DNA of 64,000 bases from Oscillospiraceae bacterium (GCA_051881775.1 JBJEQN010000103.1:14604-78603); one strand, 5' to 3'. Shown: positions 35,950 through 44,689, counted from the first letter of the stretch. Numbers and translations are program-made. The notes: generated from the sequence alone by a model not told the origin.

Positions 35950-37720
35950 ATTTATAAAGTGCTCCGTAGCATTCGCAAGCCTTGTAATCGGCGTCTTCAA
36001 GATTGCCTGTGCCGAAAGCAGACCATGCGTGAGGACGGTAAATGTCCTCGTCGGGTACGTTGTGCATTGCAACGGGAATTCTAAGCATTGAAGCAAGGGT
36101 GATAAGATCCTTGCCGATGTGACCGTATGCAAATGCGCCGTGGTTTGCGCCCCAGTTTGCCATTACGGAATAAACGTCCTTGAACGCCGTCTTTTCGGGC
36201 ATAAGGTTGGGAACGAACCAGGTTGTTGGCCAGGTCTTGTCCGTGCGGTCGTCAAGGGGCTTGTGTATTTCTTCGGGAAGAACGACGGTGTAGCCCTCCG
36301 CAAGCTGAAGAACAGGACCTATGCCGTCAATAACGTTGACTCTAATCATTGTAACGGGCATTTCAGCCTGTGTGCGGAAGTGTGAGGAGAATCCGCCGCC
36401 TCTGAAGTATCCGAGATTTGCAGGACACCAGTCAACCTTGCCGAGAACAGCGTCAATGTCCTTGTCGGTCATATCCCACCACTTTTTCATAAGGTGATTG
36501 CCGTTTTCATCCTGCGCCATACCTGTTCCGTCAAGAGCGGCAGCGCCGGAGTTGATAAGGTGAATGAAGCCGTTTGCAGCCTTGCCCGTAGGCTTGATTC
36601 CCGTTACACGTTCAACAGCTTCGGGGCTCCAGTATGTACGAACGTCTGCAAAAACGGAGGCTGTGCCGGTAACAAGTGTTCCCAGAAGCATTGCTGTGCC
36701 GTTAAGACCGTCATTTTCTGTTGCAAAGGTAAGAGGCTGCTTCTTGCCGTTCCAGTCAAAGGTGGTGTTAAGGATAGACTCGCAGAAATCGGCGTTGGGG
36801 AGCCAGTCTGTCCACTGGCGCTGACCCTGGAAACCGCCCATAACAGCGTTTCTGCCGTTTGCTTCTTCCTTCCAGCCCATTTCACGGAGCTTTTCGTTGC
36901 CAAGCATAATATCACGGACGATAAGGGTCATCTTAACGGTGAATTCCCACTGCTCCTCGTGGGACATTACCTTCTTGTTGCCGGGATTTATCTCTGTGTT
37001 GATGTCCATACCCTCGGGACAATGAGCCTTTGTCCACGCAAGAGCCTTTTCATATTCCTCGTGGTCGTAAATTTCAAGGTGGATTCGGCGGAGAATTTCC
37101 GTCATATCTACCCATTCGGGGCGCAGACCGAGATAATCCTGCATAAACATTGCGTCGCAGTAAGAGCCTGCAATACCCATAGCAACACCGCCGATGTTAA
37201 CGTAAGCCTTGGTTTTCATCCAGCCAACGGCAACTGCACAGCGTGCAAAGCGGAGTATTTTCTCCGAAACGTCCTCGGGGATAGAGGTGTCGTCAGCGTC
37301 CTGAACATCGTGACCGTAGATAGAGAACGCAGGCAGACCTCTCTGAGCGTGAGCGGACATTGCAGCGGCAAGATAAACTGCGCCGGGGCGTTCTGTGCCG
37401 TTAAAGCCCCATACAGCCTTGATAGTTGTAGGGTTAAGGTCGATAGTTTCCGTAACGTAGCACCAGCAGGGGGTAACGGAAAGTGTTGCGCAGATGTTCT
37501 GTGTCGAGAAAAATTCCTCAGCCTTTGCAGCCTCTGCGCCGCCGCCTATTGTAAACGGCGTGATAACGCATTCTACAGGCGTTCCATCGGGATAGCGGCA
37601 GTTTTCTTCGATAAGCTTCTTTGCGGAATTTGCCATGTTCATCGTCTGAACTTCAAGGGATTCTCTTACTCCGAACTGACGTCCGTCAATAATTGGTCTG
37701 ATTCCTATTCTTGGGTACAT
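35948..37720 (-). CDS. fucI: L-fucose isomerase
   Basis: 590-aa protein, colinear with FucI (MYPRIGIRPIIDGR... N-terminus). Confidence 0.95.
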   Translation of the reverse strand: MYPRIGIRPIIDGRQFGVRESLEVQTMNMANSAKKLIEENCRYPDGTPVECVITPFTIGGGAEAAKAEEFFSTQNICATLSVTPCWCYVTETIDLNPTTIKAVWGFNGTERPGAVYLAAAMSAHAQRGLPAFSIYGHDVQDADDTSIPEDVSEKILRFARCAVAVGWMKTKAYVNIGGVAMGIAGSYCDAMFMQDYLGLRPEWVDMTEILRRIHLEIYDHEEYEKALAWTKAHCPEGMDINTEINPGNKKVMSHEEQWEFTVKMTLIVRDIMLGNEKLREMGWKEEANGRNAVMGGFQGQRQWTDWLPNADFCESILNTTFDWNGKKQPLTFATENDGLNGTAMLLGTLVTGTASVFADVRTYWSPEAVERVTGIKPTGKAANGFIHLINSGAAALDGTGMAQDENGNHLMKKWWDMTDKDIDAVLGKVDWCPANLGYFRGGGFSSHFRTQAEMPVTMIRVNVIDGIGPVLQLAEGYTVVLPEEIHKPLDDRTDKTWPTTWFVPNLMPEKTAFKDVYSVMANWGANHGAFAYGHIGKDLITLASMLRIPVAMHNVPDEDIYRPHAWSAFGTGNLEDADYKACECYGALYK

Positions 37721-37742
37721 AATTCATTCTCCTTTTTAGTTT

Positions 37743-37845
37743 AAAGTGAAAAGTTGAAAGTTGAAAGTGGAATTTGCGGAAGTTTGAAATGTTAAGAGTG
37801 TATTTTTTCAATAATTCCGAATTCCGCATTCCTAATTCCTAATTA
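37743..37845. repeat. heptad-periodic element between fucK and fucI (GAAAGTT and GGAATTC dialects)
   Basis: AAGTGAA AAGTTGA AAGTTGA AAGTGGA ... then ATTCCGA ATTCCGC ATTCCTA ATTCCTA. The last units overlap the final fucK codons and stop codon. GGAATTTGCGGAA (37769-37781) can pair with TTCCGCATTCC (37822-37832). Confidence 0.8.
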
Positions 37846-39301
37846 TTTCAAGATACCTTTTGTACGCAGATTCCCATTCATCCGTATTTTCGGGGGAGTA
37901 GAGCTTTACATTGTCCGATCCTGCAATAATCTGCCTTGCTGTCTTGATGTCGGGAATAGCGCCAACGGCAATAAGCTGCATTGCAATGTTTCCGTAAGCG
38001 GTAGCCTCGATAGGACCTGCCACAACGTCACAATTGCAGGCAGCGGCGGTCATTCGGCAAAGCATACCGTCCTTCGTTCCACCCCCCACAAGATGAATTT
38101 TTCTGTATTCCTTGCCCGTGCATTCCCTTATCTCGTCAAAGGTAAGACGGTATTTAAGCGCAAGGCTCTCGTAAATGCACCGCATAACTTCGCCCACACT
38201 TTCGGGAACGGGCTGATTCGTCCTGCGGCAGTATTCACGCACTCTTTCGGGGATATTTCCCACGGGTACAAACTCGGGTGCGTCGGGGTCGATAAAGCAC
38301 TTGAAGGGTTCACACTCCAGCGCCATTTTTTCAAGGTCGGCAAAGGAATATTCCTTGCCCTCACGCCTGAACTGACGGCGTGATTCCTGAATAAGCCATA
38401 AGCCTATAATGTTCTTTAAGAAGGTGGTTTTTCCGCCGTAACCCGTTTCGTTGGTGATGTTCAGCGCCGCAGATTTTTCGTTTATAACAGGTTCGTCCGT
38501 TTCCGTGCCGAAAAGCGACCAGGTTCCGCAGGAAATGAAGATGAAATCCTCTTCCTCCGTGGGAGCAGCTGCTGCGGCACATTGCGTGTCGTGTCCGCAG
38601 ACGGAAATTACCTTTGCAGAGGGAATGTCAAGCTCCCTGCAAATTTCCTCGGAAAGCTCTCCAAGCTCCGTTGCAGGCATACATATCTCAGGCAGTATAT
38701 TTTTCGGGATACCAAGCGCATCAAGCACCGTTTCCGACCAACTGCGGTTTACAGCGTTCATCATCTGGGTCGTGGAAGCAATGGAAAGCTCCGCACGCTT
38801 TTTTCCCGTCAGCAGATAGCCGAATAAATCGGGCATAAGCAGCAAGGTTTCCGCATTTTTCAGCATATCTGGGCGCTGCAGTTTAAGGGAAAGAAGCTGA
38901 AAAGCCGTGTTTATCTCCATAAACTGGTTGCCCGTTATCTTGTAGAACTGCTCCTTGTCAATAAGCTCAAAAGCCTTGTCGAGCATACCCGAAGTGCGGC
39001 TGTCACGGTAGTTTACGGGCAGCTCCAGAAGGTGACCGTCCTTGCCGATAAGTCCGAAATCAACGCCCCAGGTATCCACAGCAAGACTGTCAAATCCGCC
39101 GCTTTGCGCAGCCTTTACAAGCCCCTGCTTGATCTCGTGAAAAAGACGGGGCAGATCCCAGTAAAGGGTGCCGCACATCTGAACGGGAGTGTTTTCAAAG
39201 CGGTGTACTTCTTCCAGCTTAATGGTCTCACCGTCGAAAATGCCGATAATTGCTCGTCCGCTTGAAGCACCGAAATCGAAAGCCAAAACTCGTTTTTCCA
39301 T
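37832..39301 (-). CDS. fucK: FGGY-family sugar kinase (rhamnulokinase-like); L-fuculokinase by operon context
   Basis: FDFGASSGR N-terminal ATPase motif and a two-domain FGGY layout, lying between fucU and fucI. Confidence 0.75.
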   Translation of the reverse strand: MEKRVLAFDFGASSGRAIIGIFDGETIKLEEVHRFENTPVQMCGTLYWDLPRLFHEIKQGLVKAAQSGGFDSLAVDTWGVDFGLIGKDGHLLELPVNYRDSRTSGMLDKAFELIDKEQFYKITGNQFMEINTAFQLLSLKLQRPDMLKNAETLLLMPDLFGYLLTGKKRAELSIASTTQMMNAVNRSWSETVLDALGIPKNILPEICMPATELGELSEEICRELDIPSAKVISVCGHDTQCAAAAAPTEEEDFIFISCGTWSLFGTETDEPVINEKSAALNITNETGYGGKTTFLKNIIGLWLIQESRRQFRREGKEYSFADLEKMALECEPFKCFIDPDAPEFVPVGNIPERVREYCRRTNQPVPESVGEVMRCIYESLALKYRLTFDEIRECTGKEYRKIHLVGGGTKDGMLCRMTAAACNCDVVAGPIEATAYGNIAMQLIAVGAIPDIKTARQIIAGSDNVKLYSPENTDEWESAYKRYLEIIRN

Positions 39302-39313
39302 ATCAGCTCACCG

Positions 39314-39742
39314 TTACTTTACAACGCCTTTTTTAAGGATAATGTTTGCGTAAATTGCCTCTTCGCCCGTTGCAACAACAGCGTAAGCGGTCTTTGCACG
39401 TTCGTAAAAAGCAAAGCGTTCTATCATTTCTATCTTGCAGTTTTCCGGCTCGTATTTGTTTATAACAGCCTTGTAATCGTCCCATATCGTGGGAACAACA
39501 GGGTCGCCGGGAACTACCTCCATAAGCATAACAGGCTTTTCAGTGTATGTATCAAGAGGGAAAAGCTGCATAATTGCGTCAAGAAGCTCCGTTACACCGT
39601 GACCGTCGCAGCGGATAACACGCTTGCCAATAGTTTCGGCAGGAAAGTTGCCGTCTGCGATAACGATTTCATCTCCGTGTCCCATTTCCATAAGGGTCTT
39701 GACAAGCTCAGGGGAGAGGAGCTTTGGGATGTTTTTTAACAT
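39314..39742 (-). CDS. fucU: L-fucose mutarotase (RbsD/FucU family)
   Basis: MLKNIPKLLSPELVKTLMEMGHGDEIVIADGNFP is a canonical FucU N-terminus; 142 aa. Confidence 0.85.
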   Translation of the reverse strand: MLKNIPKLLSPELVKTLMEMGHGDEIVIADGNFPAETIGKRVIRCDGHGVTELLDAIMQLFPLDTYTEKPVMLMEVVPGDPVVPTIWDDYKAVINKYEPENCKIEMIERFAFYERAKTAYAVVATGEEAIYANIILKKGVVK

Positions 39743-39756
39743 ATTATATGACCTCC

Positions 39757-39905
39757 AATTTAAAGTGTGGAGTGTGAAGAGTGTAGAGTGGAGTTTTTCA
39801 ATTTGGAAAGTTGAAAGTTGAAAGTAGAATTTTTTTGATCAATAAATCTCCGTCTTTGAAGCAGAAATTATAACTTCACACTTCACTCTTCACACTTCAA
39901 ACTCT
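39757..39905. repeat. heptad-periodic inverted-repeat element between the nitroreductase gene and fucU
   Basis: AAAGTGT GGAGTGT GAAGAGT GTAGAGT GGAGTTT (39762-39796), GGAAAGT TGAAAGT TGAAAGT (39805-39825), and the inverted arm TAACTTC ACACTTC ACTCTTC ACACTTC (39871-39898). The perfect 12-bp core is 39772-39783 / 39884-39895. Confidence 0.85.
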
Positions 39906-39908
39906 GAT

Positions 39909-40427
39909 TTAGTCGTAAATAACAAATCCGTCTTTTCTTGCGGCAGGCTGTTGGTGAACGGTGTCTGCATAGCCGAGAATACAGTTTCCGATGCCAACAT
40001 ATTTTTCGTCAAGACCCCATTTTTTCATAAGAGCCTTGCCTTCTTCTGTCTGGAATGTTTCTCTTGCTCTGTGTATCCAGCAGGAATCCACGCCCAGTGA
40101 AAACGCTGCATTCATAAGATTTCCCATAACAAGACTTCCGTCCTCAATATAAGTATTTACAGTGCTGTCAGCAAAAACTATAACTAACACAGGAGCGCCG
40201 TAAAATGGGTCGTTTACGCCGTCCATTATCCTTGCATTTATCTGCGACAGCATATTTATGGTTTCCGTGTCCCTAACAACCACCATAACGGAGGACTGCT
40301 TGCCTCTTCCGTTGGGCGCATATTCTCCTGCGTTAAGTATTTCGTTAAGAACATCGTCGGGAACGGGTGTGTCTTTGTAGGAACGCACACTTCTGCGTGA
40401 TACAAGGTTTTTTATAGTTTCGTTCAT
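39909..40427 (-). CDS. nitroreductase family protein
   Basis: RRSVRSY near the N-terminus and NAD(P)H-flavin nitroreductase-fold length. ATG at 40427; the track TTG start is at 40451. Confidence 0.85.
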   Translation of the reverse strand: MNETIKNLVSRRSVRSYKDTPVPDDVLNEILNAGEYAPNGRGKQSSVMVVVRDTETINMLSQINARIMDGVNDPFYGAPVLVIVFADSTVNTYIEDGSLVMGNLMNAAFSLGVDSCWIHRARETFQTEEGKALMKKWGLDEKYVGIGNCILGYADTVHQQPAARKDGFVIYD

Positions 40428-40453
40428 ATTAATAAAATCTCCTGTCGTCAAAA

Positions 40454-40753
40454 TTACTGCCTTTCTTTAAGACTAAGCTCCGAAATAGCTATGTCTACGC
40501 CGTTTTTGTCCGCAAATTTAACGGCTCCCGAGATCAAACGGTCCTTGTTCTTTTCAAACACGGACAGGACAAATTTATCCTGTTCCTCCTGCGGTATGAA
40601 ACGCAGGAAATTTTCAAGCACACCCGGCGATTCGGCAGCGTTAAGAACTGCAGGCGGCAGGGAAATATCGGACTTATCTGCGTAGGGCAGCAAGGCTCTT
40701 ATGGCCTGAGCGTAATTTATTTCATCTATATCGACGGTCAATCTGAATTTCAT
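40454..40753 (-). CDS. hypothetical 99-aa protein
   Basis: ORF starting MKFRLTVDIDE at 40753. The track extension to 40801 runs through an intercistronic hairpin. No family recognised. Confidence 0.45.
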   Translation of the reverse strand: MKFRLTVDIDEINYAQAIRALLPYADKSDISLPPAVLNAAESPGVLENFLRFIPQEEQDKFVLSVFEKNKDRLISGAVKFADKNGVDIAISELSLKERQ

Positions 40754-40781
40754 AAATACATCTTTCTTGTTATAAACAATG

Positions 40782-40816
40782 CGCAATCCGAACGCAGGCA
40801 AAACGCTCGGATTGCG
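40782..40816 (-). other. intercistronic hairpin between fucO and the 99-aa ORF
   Basis: 13-bp stem CGCAATCCGAACG / CGCTCGGATTGCG (one mismatch) with no U-tract. Confidence 0.6.
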
Positions 40817-40840
40817 GTTTGATTTTAATTTACTGTTGGA

Positions 40841-41989
40841 TCAAAGGAGAGACTGGTAAAGCTCCTTGATCTCTGCAACGGAAGTGTCTCTGGGATTTCC
40901 GGGACGGCAAGCGTCATCGTAAGCGGACTGTGAAAGGAAGTCAAGATCTTCAGGCTTAACAATGTCCTTAAGGTCTGCAGGGATTCCTACATCCTGTGAA
41001 AGCTGCTTAACAGCGTCAATTGCAGCCTTTCTGTATTCTTCCTGTGTCATATCGTCAACACCCTTAACGCCCATTGCTCTTGCGATCTCACGGTACTTTT
41101 CACCTGTTGCCGGAGCGTTGTACTCCATAACTGTAGGAAGGATAATAGCATTTGCAACGCCGTGAGGTGTGTCATACAGAGCGCCGAGAGGGTGAGCCAT
41201 TGAGTGAACGATGCCAAGACCAACGTTGGAGAAGCCCATACCTGCAACATACTGACCGAGAGCCATATCTGTTCTGCCTTCCTTGGTGTTTTCAACTGCA
41301 CCTCTAAGGCTTCTGGCAATTATCTCGATAGCCTTAAGATGGAACATATCGGAAAGCTCCCAAGCGCCCTTTGTTATGTAGCCTTCGATAGCGTGGGTAA
41401 GAGCGTCCATACCTGTTGCAGCGGTCAGACCCTTGGGCATAGAGGACATCATGTCGGGGTCAACGAAAGCAACAACGGGAATGTCGTGGGGGTCAACGCA
41501 AACCATTTTACGGTTCTTTTCTGCGTCGGTAATAACGTAGTTGATAGTAACTTCTGCTGCTGTACCTGCTGTTGTGGGAACGGCAAGAATGGGAACGCTC
41601 TTGTTCTTTGTATCTGCAACGCCTTCAAGGCTTCTTACATCAGCAAATTCGGGGTTAGCAATGATAATGCCGATAGCCTTTGCAGTATCCATAGAAGAAC
41701 CGCCGCCGATAGCGATAAGATAATCAGCTTCCGCAGCCTTGAAAGCAGCAACGCCGGACTGTACGTTTTCAATTGTAGGGTTAGGCTTGATCTCGGAATA
41801 AAGAGTATAAGCAAGACCTGCGCCGTCCAGAACGTCTGTTACCTTCTTTGTTACGCCGAACTTGATAAGGTCGGGGTCGGAGCATACAAGAGCCTTTTTG
41901 AAGCCTCTGTTCTTAGCTTCATCTGCAATAGCTGCAATAGCGCCTGCACCGTGATAAGATGTTTCGTTGAGGATAAATCTGTTTGCCAT
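40841..41989 (-). CDS. fucO: lactaldehyde reductase (iron-containing alcohol dehydrogenase)
   Basis: 382 aa with GGGSSMDTAK and His metal ligands. The N-terminus MANRFILNETSYHGAGAI is typical of FucO. Confidence 0.9.
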   Translation of the reverse strand: MANRFILNETSYHGAGAIAAIADEAKNRGFKKALVCSDPDLIKFGVTKKVTDVLDGAGLAYTLYSEIKPNPTIENVQSGVAAFKAAEADYLIAIGGGSSMDTAKAIGIIIANPEFADVRSLEGVADTKNKSVPILAVPTTAGTAAEVTINYVITDAEKNRKMVCVDPHDIPVVAFVDPDMMSSMPKGLTAATGMDALTHAIEGYITKGAWELSDMFHLKAIEIIARSLRGAVENTKEGRTDMALGQYVAGMGFSNVGLGIVHSMAHPLGALYDTPHGVANAIILPTVMEYNAPATGEKYREIARAMGVKGVDDMTQEEYRKAAIDAVKQLSQDVGIPADLKDIVKPEDLDFLSQSAYDDACRPGNPRDTSVAEIKELYQSLL

Positions 41990-42012
41990 AGTAAAAACAC
42001 TCCTTTATTTTA

Positions 42013-42069
42013 GTTTGGAGAGTGAAGAGTTAAGAGTGAAGTTTTTAACACTCTGCTTTTCACTTTTCC
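42013..42069. repeat. heptad array forming the fucO-proximal arm around the four-helix-bundle gene
   Basis: TTTGGAG AGTGAAG AGTTAAG AGTGAAG TTTTT, then AACACTCTGCTTTTCACTTTTCC. Confidence 0.85.
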
Positions 42070-42440
42070 TAAATATTTTTGATGTTATTTGCAGATTTCA
42101 GCGTTCTTGTTGAAGCTGATAACATTCGTCGTATTTCTTCACAGTCTGAATAAATACTGCAATATAATTGTTCACTTAGATAGCCTGTTTCATATAAAAG
42201 TTCAAGCCAATATTTTGTTTCGTTGCATTCTTTAAGTGCGATATAAAGTTTAAAGGTAAAGTCTTTTTTACTGATTGAACATTCTGCTTCTGCTAAATTT
42301 GCACCTATACTTGTTCCACTTCGTAAAACTTGTTTTGATAAAACGTATTCATTTTTTTCAGAACAAAGATATTTGTACATATTAATGATACGAATTGCAA
42401 ATTTTTTACTTTTATATTTTGCTGAATTATCATCTATCAA
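42069..42440 (-). CDS. four-helix-bundle protein (TIGR02436 / 23S rRNA intervening-sequence protein family)
   Basis: LSKQVLRSGTSIGANLAEAECSISKKDFTFKLYIALKECNETKYWLELL is the family signature. TTG start with GGAG 7 nt upstream. About one-third G+C, against about one-half in the flanking genes. Confidence 0.85.
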   Translation of the reverse strand: MIDDNSAKYKSKKFAIRIINMYKYLCSEKNEYVLSKQVLRSGTSIGANLAEAECSISKKDFTFKLYIALKECNETKYWLELLYETGYLSEQLYCSIYSDCEEIRRMLSASTRTLKSANNIKNI

Positions 42441-42443
42441 TTT

Positions 42444-42480
42444 AAAACTCCACTCTTCACTCTTAACACTTCACACTTTT
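42444..42480. repeat. heptad array forming the fucA-proximal (inverted) arm
   Basis: AAAACTC CACTCTT CACTCTT AACACTT CACACTT. Positions 42455-42467 are the perfect reverse complement of 42029-42041. Confidence 0.85.
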
Positions 42481-42482
42481 GA

Positions 42483-43172
42483 TTATTCGTTTCCGTAAGG
42501 GTATTTCTTGTAACCGGGGTGTTTGCCGGTGACTTTGTAATTTTCACGCATAGAGCAGAGACGGTCAATGTTTTCACGGGAAATTTCTCTTTCACCGCCG
42601 AGCAGATGAGCGGTAAGGGAAATTTTTGCGAAAAGCTCAAGAGTTTCCATACGGTAGTAAGCCGTAAGCAGGTCTGCACCTACCGTAAGCGCACCGTGGT
42701 TCTGCAGAAGCATAACATCGTGTTCCTGCAAATAAGGCGTGATTGCTTCGGGAACTTCATAGGTGGAGGGGGTGCCGTAAGGCGTAACGGGAACGCTTCC
42801 CACTGCAATTACCGCTTCTATCATGGTGTATCCGTCAAGAGCCTTGTTTGCAACGGCATATCCCGTAGCCGTGGGAGGGTGAGCGTGAACAACACCGCCT
42901 ACATCGGGGCGTTCCTGATAGCAGCGCAGGTGCATTTTGATCTCGGAAGAGGGACGGTAATCGCCATTTGCTTCGATGACCTCGCCCTTTCCATTGATCT
43001 TAACGATTTTTTCGGGAGTGATAAAGCTTTTGCTTATTCCCGTAGGGGTCGCAAGATATGTATCATCGTCCAGCTTGACGGAAACGTTTCCATCATTAGC
43101 GGCGACCCAGCCAAGCTGCCACATTTTATGGCAGACATCGCATATCTGATCCTTGATTTCCTGTTCGTTCAT
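42483..43172 (-). CDS. fucA: L-fuculose-phosphate aldolase (class II aldolase)
   Basis: Class II aldolase motifs (GNVSV, VVHAHPP His ligands). The start is MNEQEIKD at 43172. Confidence 0.9.
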   Translation of the reverse strand: MNEQEIKDQICDVCHKMWQLGWVAANDGNVSVKLDDDTYLATPTGISKSFITPEKIVKINGKGEVIEANGDYRPSSEIKMHLRCYQERPDVGGVVHAHPPTATGYAVANKALDGYTMIEAVIAVGSVPVTPYGTPSTYEVPEAITPYLQEHDVMLLQNHGALTVGADLLTAYYRMETLELFAKISLTAHLLGGEREISRENIDRLCSMRENYKVTGKHPGYKKYPYGNE

Positions 43173-43237
43173 TGGAATAACCTCATTTCTTGAAACAACC
43201 GGCATTTCGGCTTGTCCGAAAGCTGATTTATGTTTAT

Positions 43238-43266
43238 ATTATACAACAATTGATTAAAAATGTCTA
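43238..43266 (-). promoter_or_regulatory. candidate promoter of the fucose operon
   Basis: Minus strand: TAGACA (43266-43261), 17 nt, TATAAT (43243-43238). Confidence 0.45.
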
Positions 43267-43283
43267 TAAAAATTTGCATTTTG

Positions 43284-43348
43284 CCCTAAAAAATAACGCT
43301 TATTCTTTTGTGCATATTTACCAAAGGAATAAGCGCTTGTCTTTAGGG
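43284..43348 (-). terminator. terminator of the sodium symporter gene
   Basis: Long hairpin with CCCTAAA...TTTAGGG outer and AACGCTTATTCTTTTG / CAAAGGAATAAGCGCTT inner stems. Confidence 0.7.
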
Positions 43349-43357
43349 ATATTTTTA

Positions 43358-44689
43358 TCAGAGGAACGATGAAATAAATATCACGATTATCATAGCAGGA
43401 GCGATATATTTTATAGCTGCGGCGAAAAGGGGCTTTAATCTGAATTTCAGCTTTCCGCCGTTGGATATTTCTTCCGAAGCAGCGTCTATTCCCCATATAT
43501 GCCCTACAAGAATGCACATAAAAAATCCGCCAATGGGCATAACGATCTTATCTGCCGCAAAATTCAGAAAATCAAAGAAGTTCATATTGAAGATCGTTAC
43601 TTCCGAAAGAACGCCGAAGGAAAGGGATGCGAAAATGCACACAAGAAAGGCTGCACCGCCTGCTATGACCGAGGAGACCTTCCTTGAAAGTCCCGTCTTA
43701 TCGGAAAACCAGGATACTATGACCTCCAGCAGTGAAATTGCAGACGTTACCGCCGCAAAAAGCACCAGCAGGAAAAACAGCGCCGAAATGAATCGTCCGC
43801 CCTTTATATTTGAAAATACCACGGGGAGCGTCTGAAAGATAAGTCCGGGACCGCCCGTTACTTCAAGACCGAATGAAAACACCGCAGGAATGATCGCAAA
43901 GCCTGCAATGACAGCTATCAGCGTGTCAAGAGTAACTATTGTCACCGTACTTGAAGTAAGGTTTGTACTTTTGGGCAGGTAGCTTCCGTAGGTTATAAGC
44001 GTTCCCATTCCAAGAGACAGCGAGAAGAACACCTGTCCCATTGCATTTATAGCTATCTGTGACAGGTCGGAAAGGGAGTTTATCTTGCTGAGGTCGGGAA
44101 CGATAAAATACTTTACGCCCCGGGCGGCATTTGGCAGAGTAAGACAGTATATCATTATCCCGATAAGAAATATGAGCAGCACGGGCAGCAGTATGGTGCT
44201 TACACGTTCTATCCCTTTTGCTATTCCGCCCGTGACAATTATTACGTTTATTGCAATAAATACAAAAGTCCAGAGTATAGGTTCAATGGGCTGTGCGGTG
44301 TAGTCTGCAAAAAAATCCGTATCGAATCCGCTGCCCGAAAAGCTTTTAAAAATGTATTTTATTACCCAGCCGCCTACAACTCCGTAGCTTGCAAGAACAA
44401 GAAAAGCTCCCGCAATGCCAAGCCTCCCGACAAAGCCGAATTTGCGGCTCAGCTTTTTGCAGGAATCAACGGCATTTTCTCCTGCAAAGCGTCCTATTGC
44501 CATTTCCGAAAGAAGTATGGGTATTCCGAGTATGACAAGAAAAAAGATGTATATAATGAGAAAAACAGCGCCGCCGCTTGTGCCTGCAACATAGGGAAAC
44601 TTCCACAGATTCCCCAGACCTATGGCGGAACCTGCCGCAGCCATAATAAATCCTATGCCGGAAGACCATTGTTCTCTTTTTGATCGCAT
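43358..44689 (-). CDS. sodium-dependent transporter (SNF / neurotransmitter:sodium symporter family)
   Basis: The N-terminus ...WSSGIGFIMAAAGSAIGLGNLWKFPY is the NSS signature. Confidence 0.9.
   Translation of the reverse strand: MRSKREQWSSGIGFIMAAAGSAIGLGNLWKFPYVAGTSGGAVFLIIYIFFLVILGIPILLSEMAIGRFAGENAVDSCKKLSRKFGFVGRLGIAGAFLVLASYGVVGGWVIKYIFKSFSGSGFDTDFFADYTAQPIEPILWTFVFIAINVIIVTGGIAKGIERVSTILLPVLLIFLIGIMIYCLTLPNAARGVKYFIVPDLSKINSLSDLSQIAINAMGQVFFSLSLGMGTLITYGSYLPKSTNLTSSTVTIVTLDTLIAVIAGFAIIPAVFSFGLEVTGGPGLIFQTLPVVFSNIKGGRFISALFFLLVLFAAVTSAISLLEVIVSWFSDKTGLSRKVSSVIAGGAAFLVCIFASLSFGVLSEVTIFNMNFFDFLNFAADKIVMPIGGFFMCILVGHIWGIDAASEEISNGGKLKFRLKPLFAAAIKYIAPAMIIVIFISSFL

Noticed and set aside
35769-42480. 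Considered whether the short periodic repeats could be a degenerate CRISPR array or a coding tandem repeat.
   Set aside because: The period is 7 nt with no unique spacers. The arrays are only 4-5 units long and occur as inverted pairs. A 7-nt period cannot keep a reading frame.
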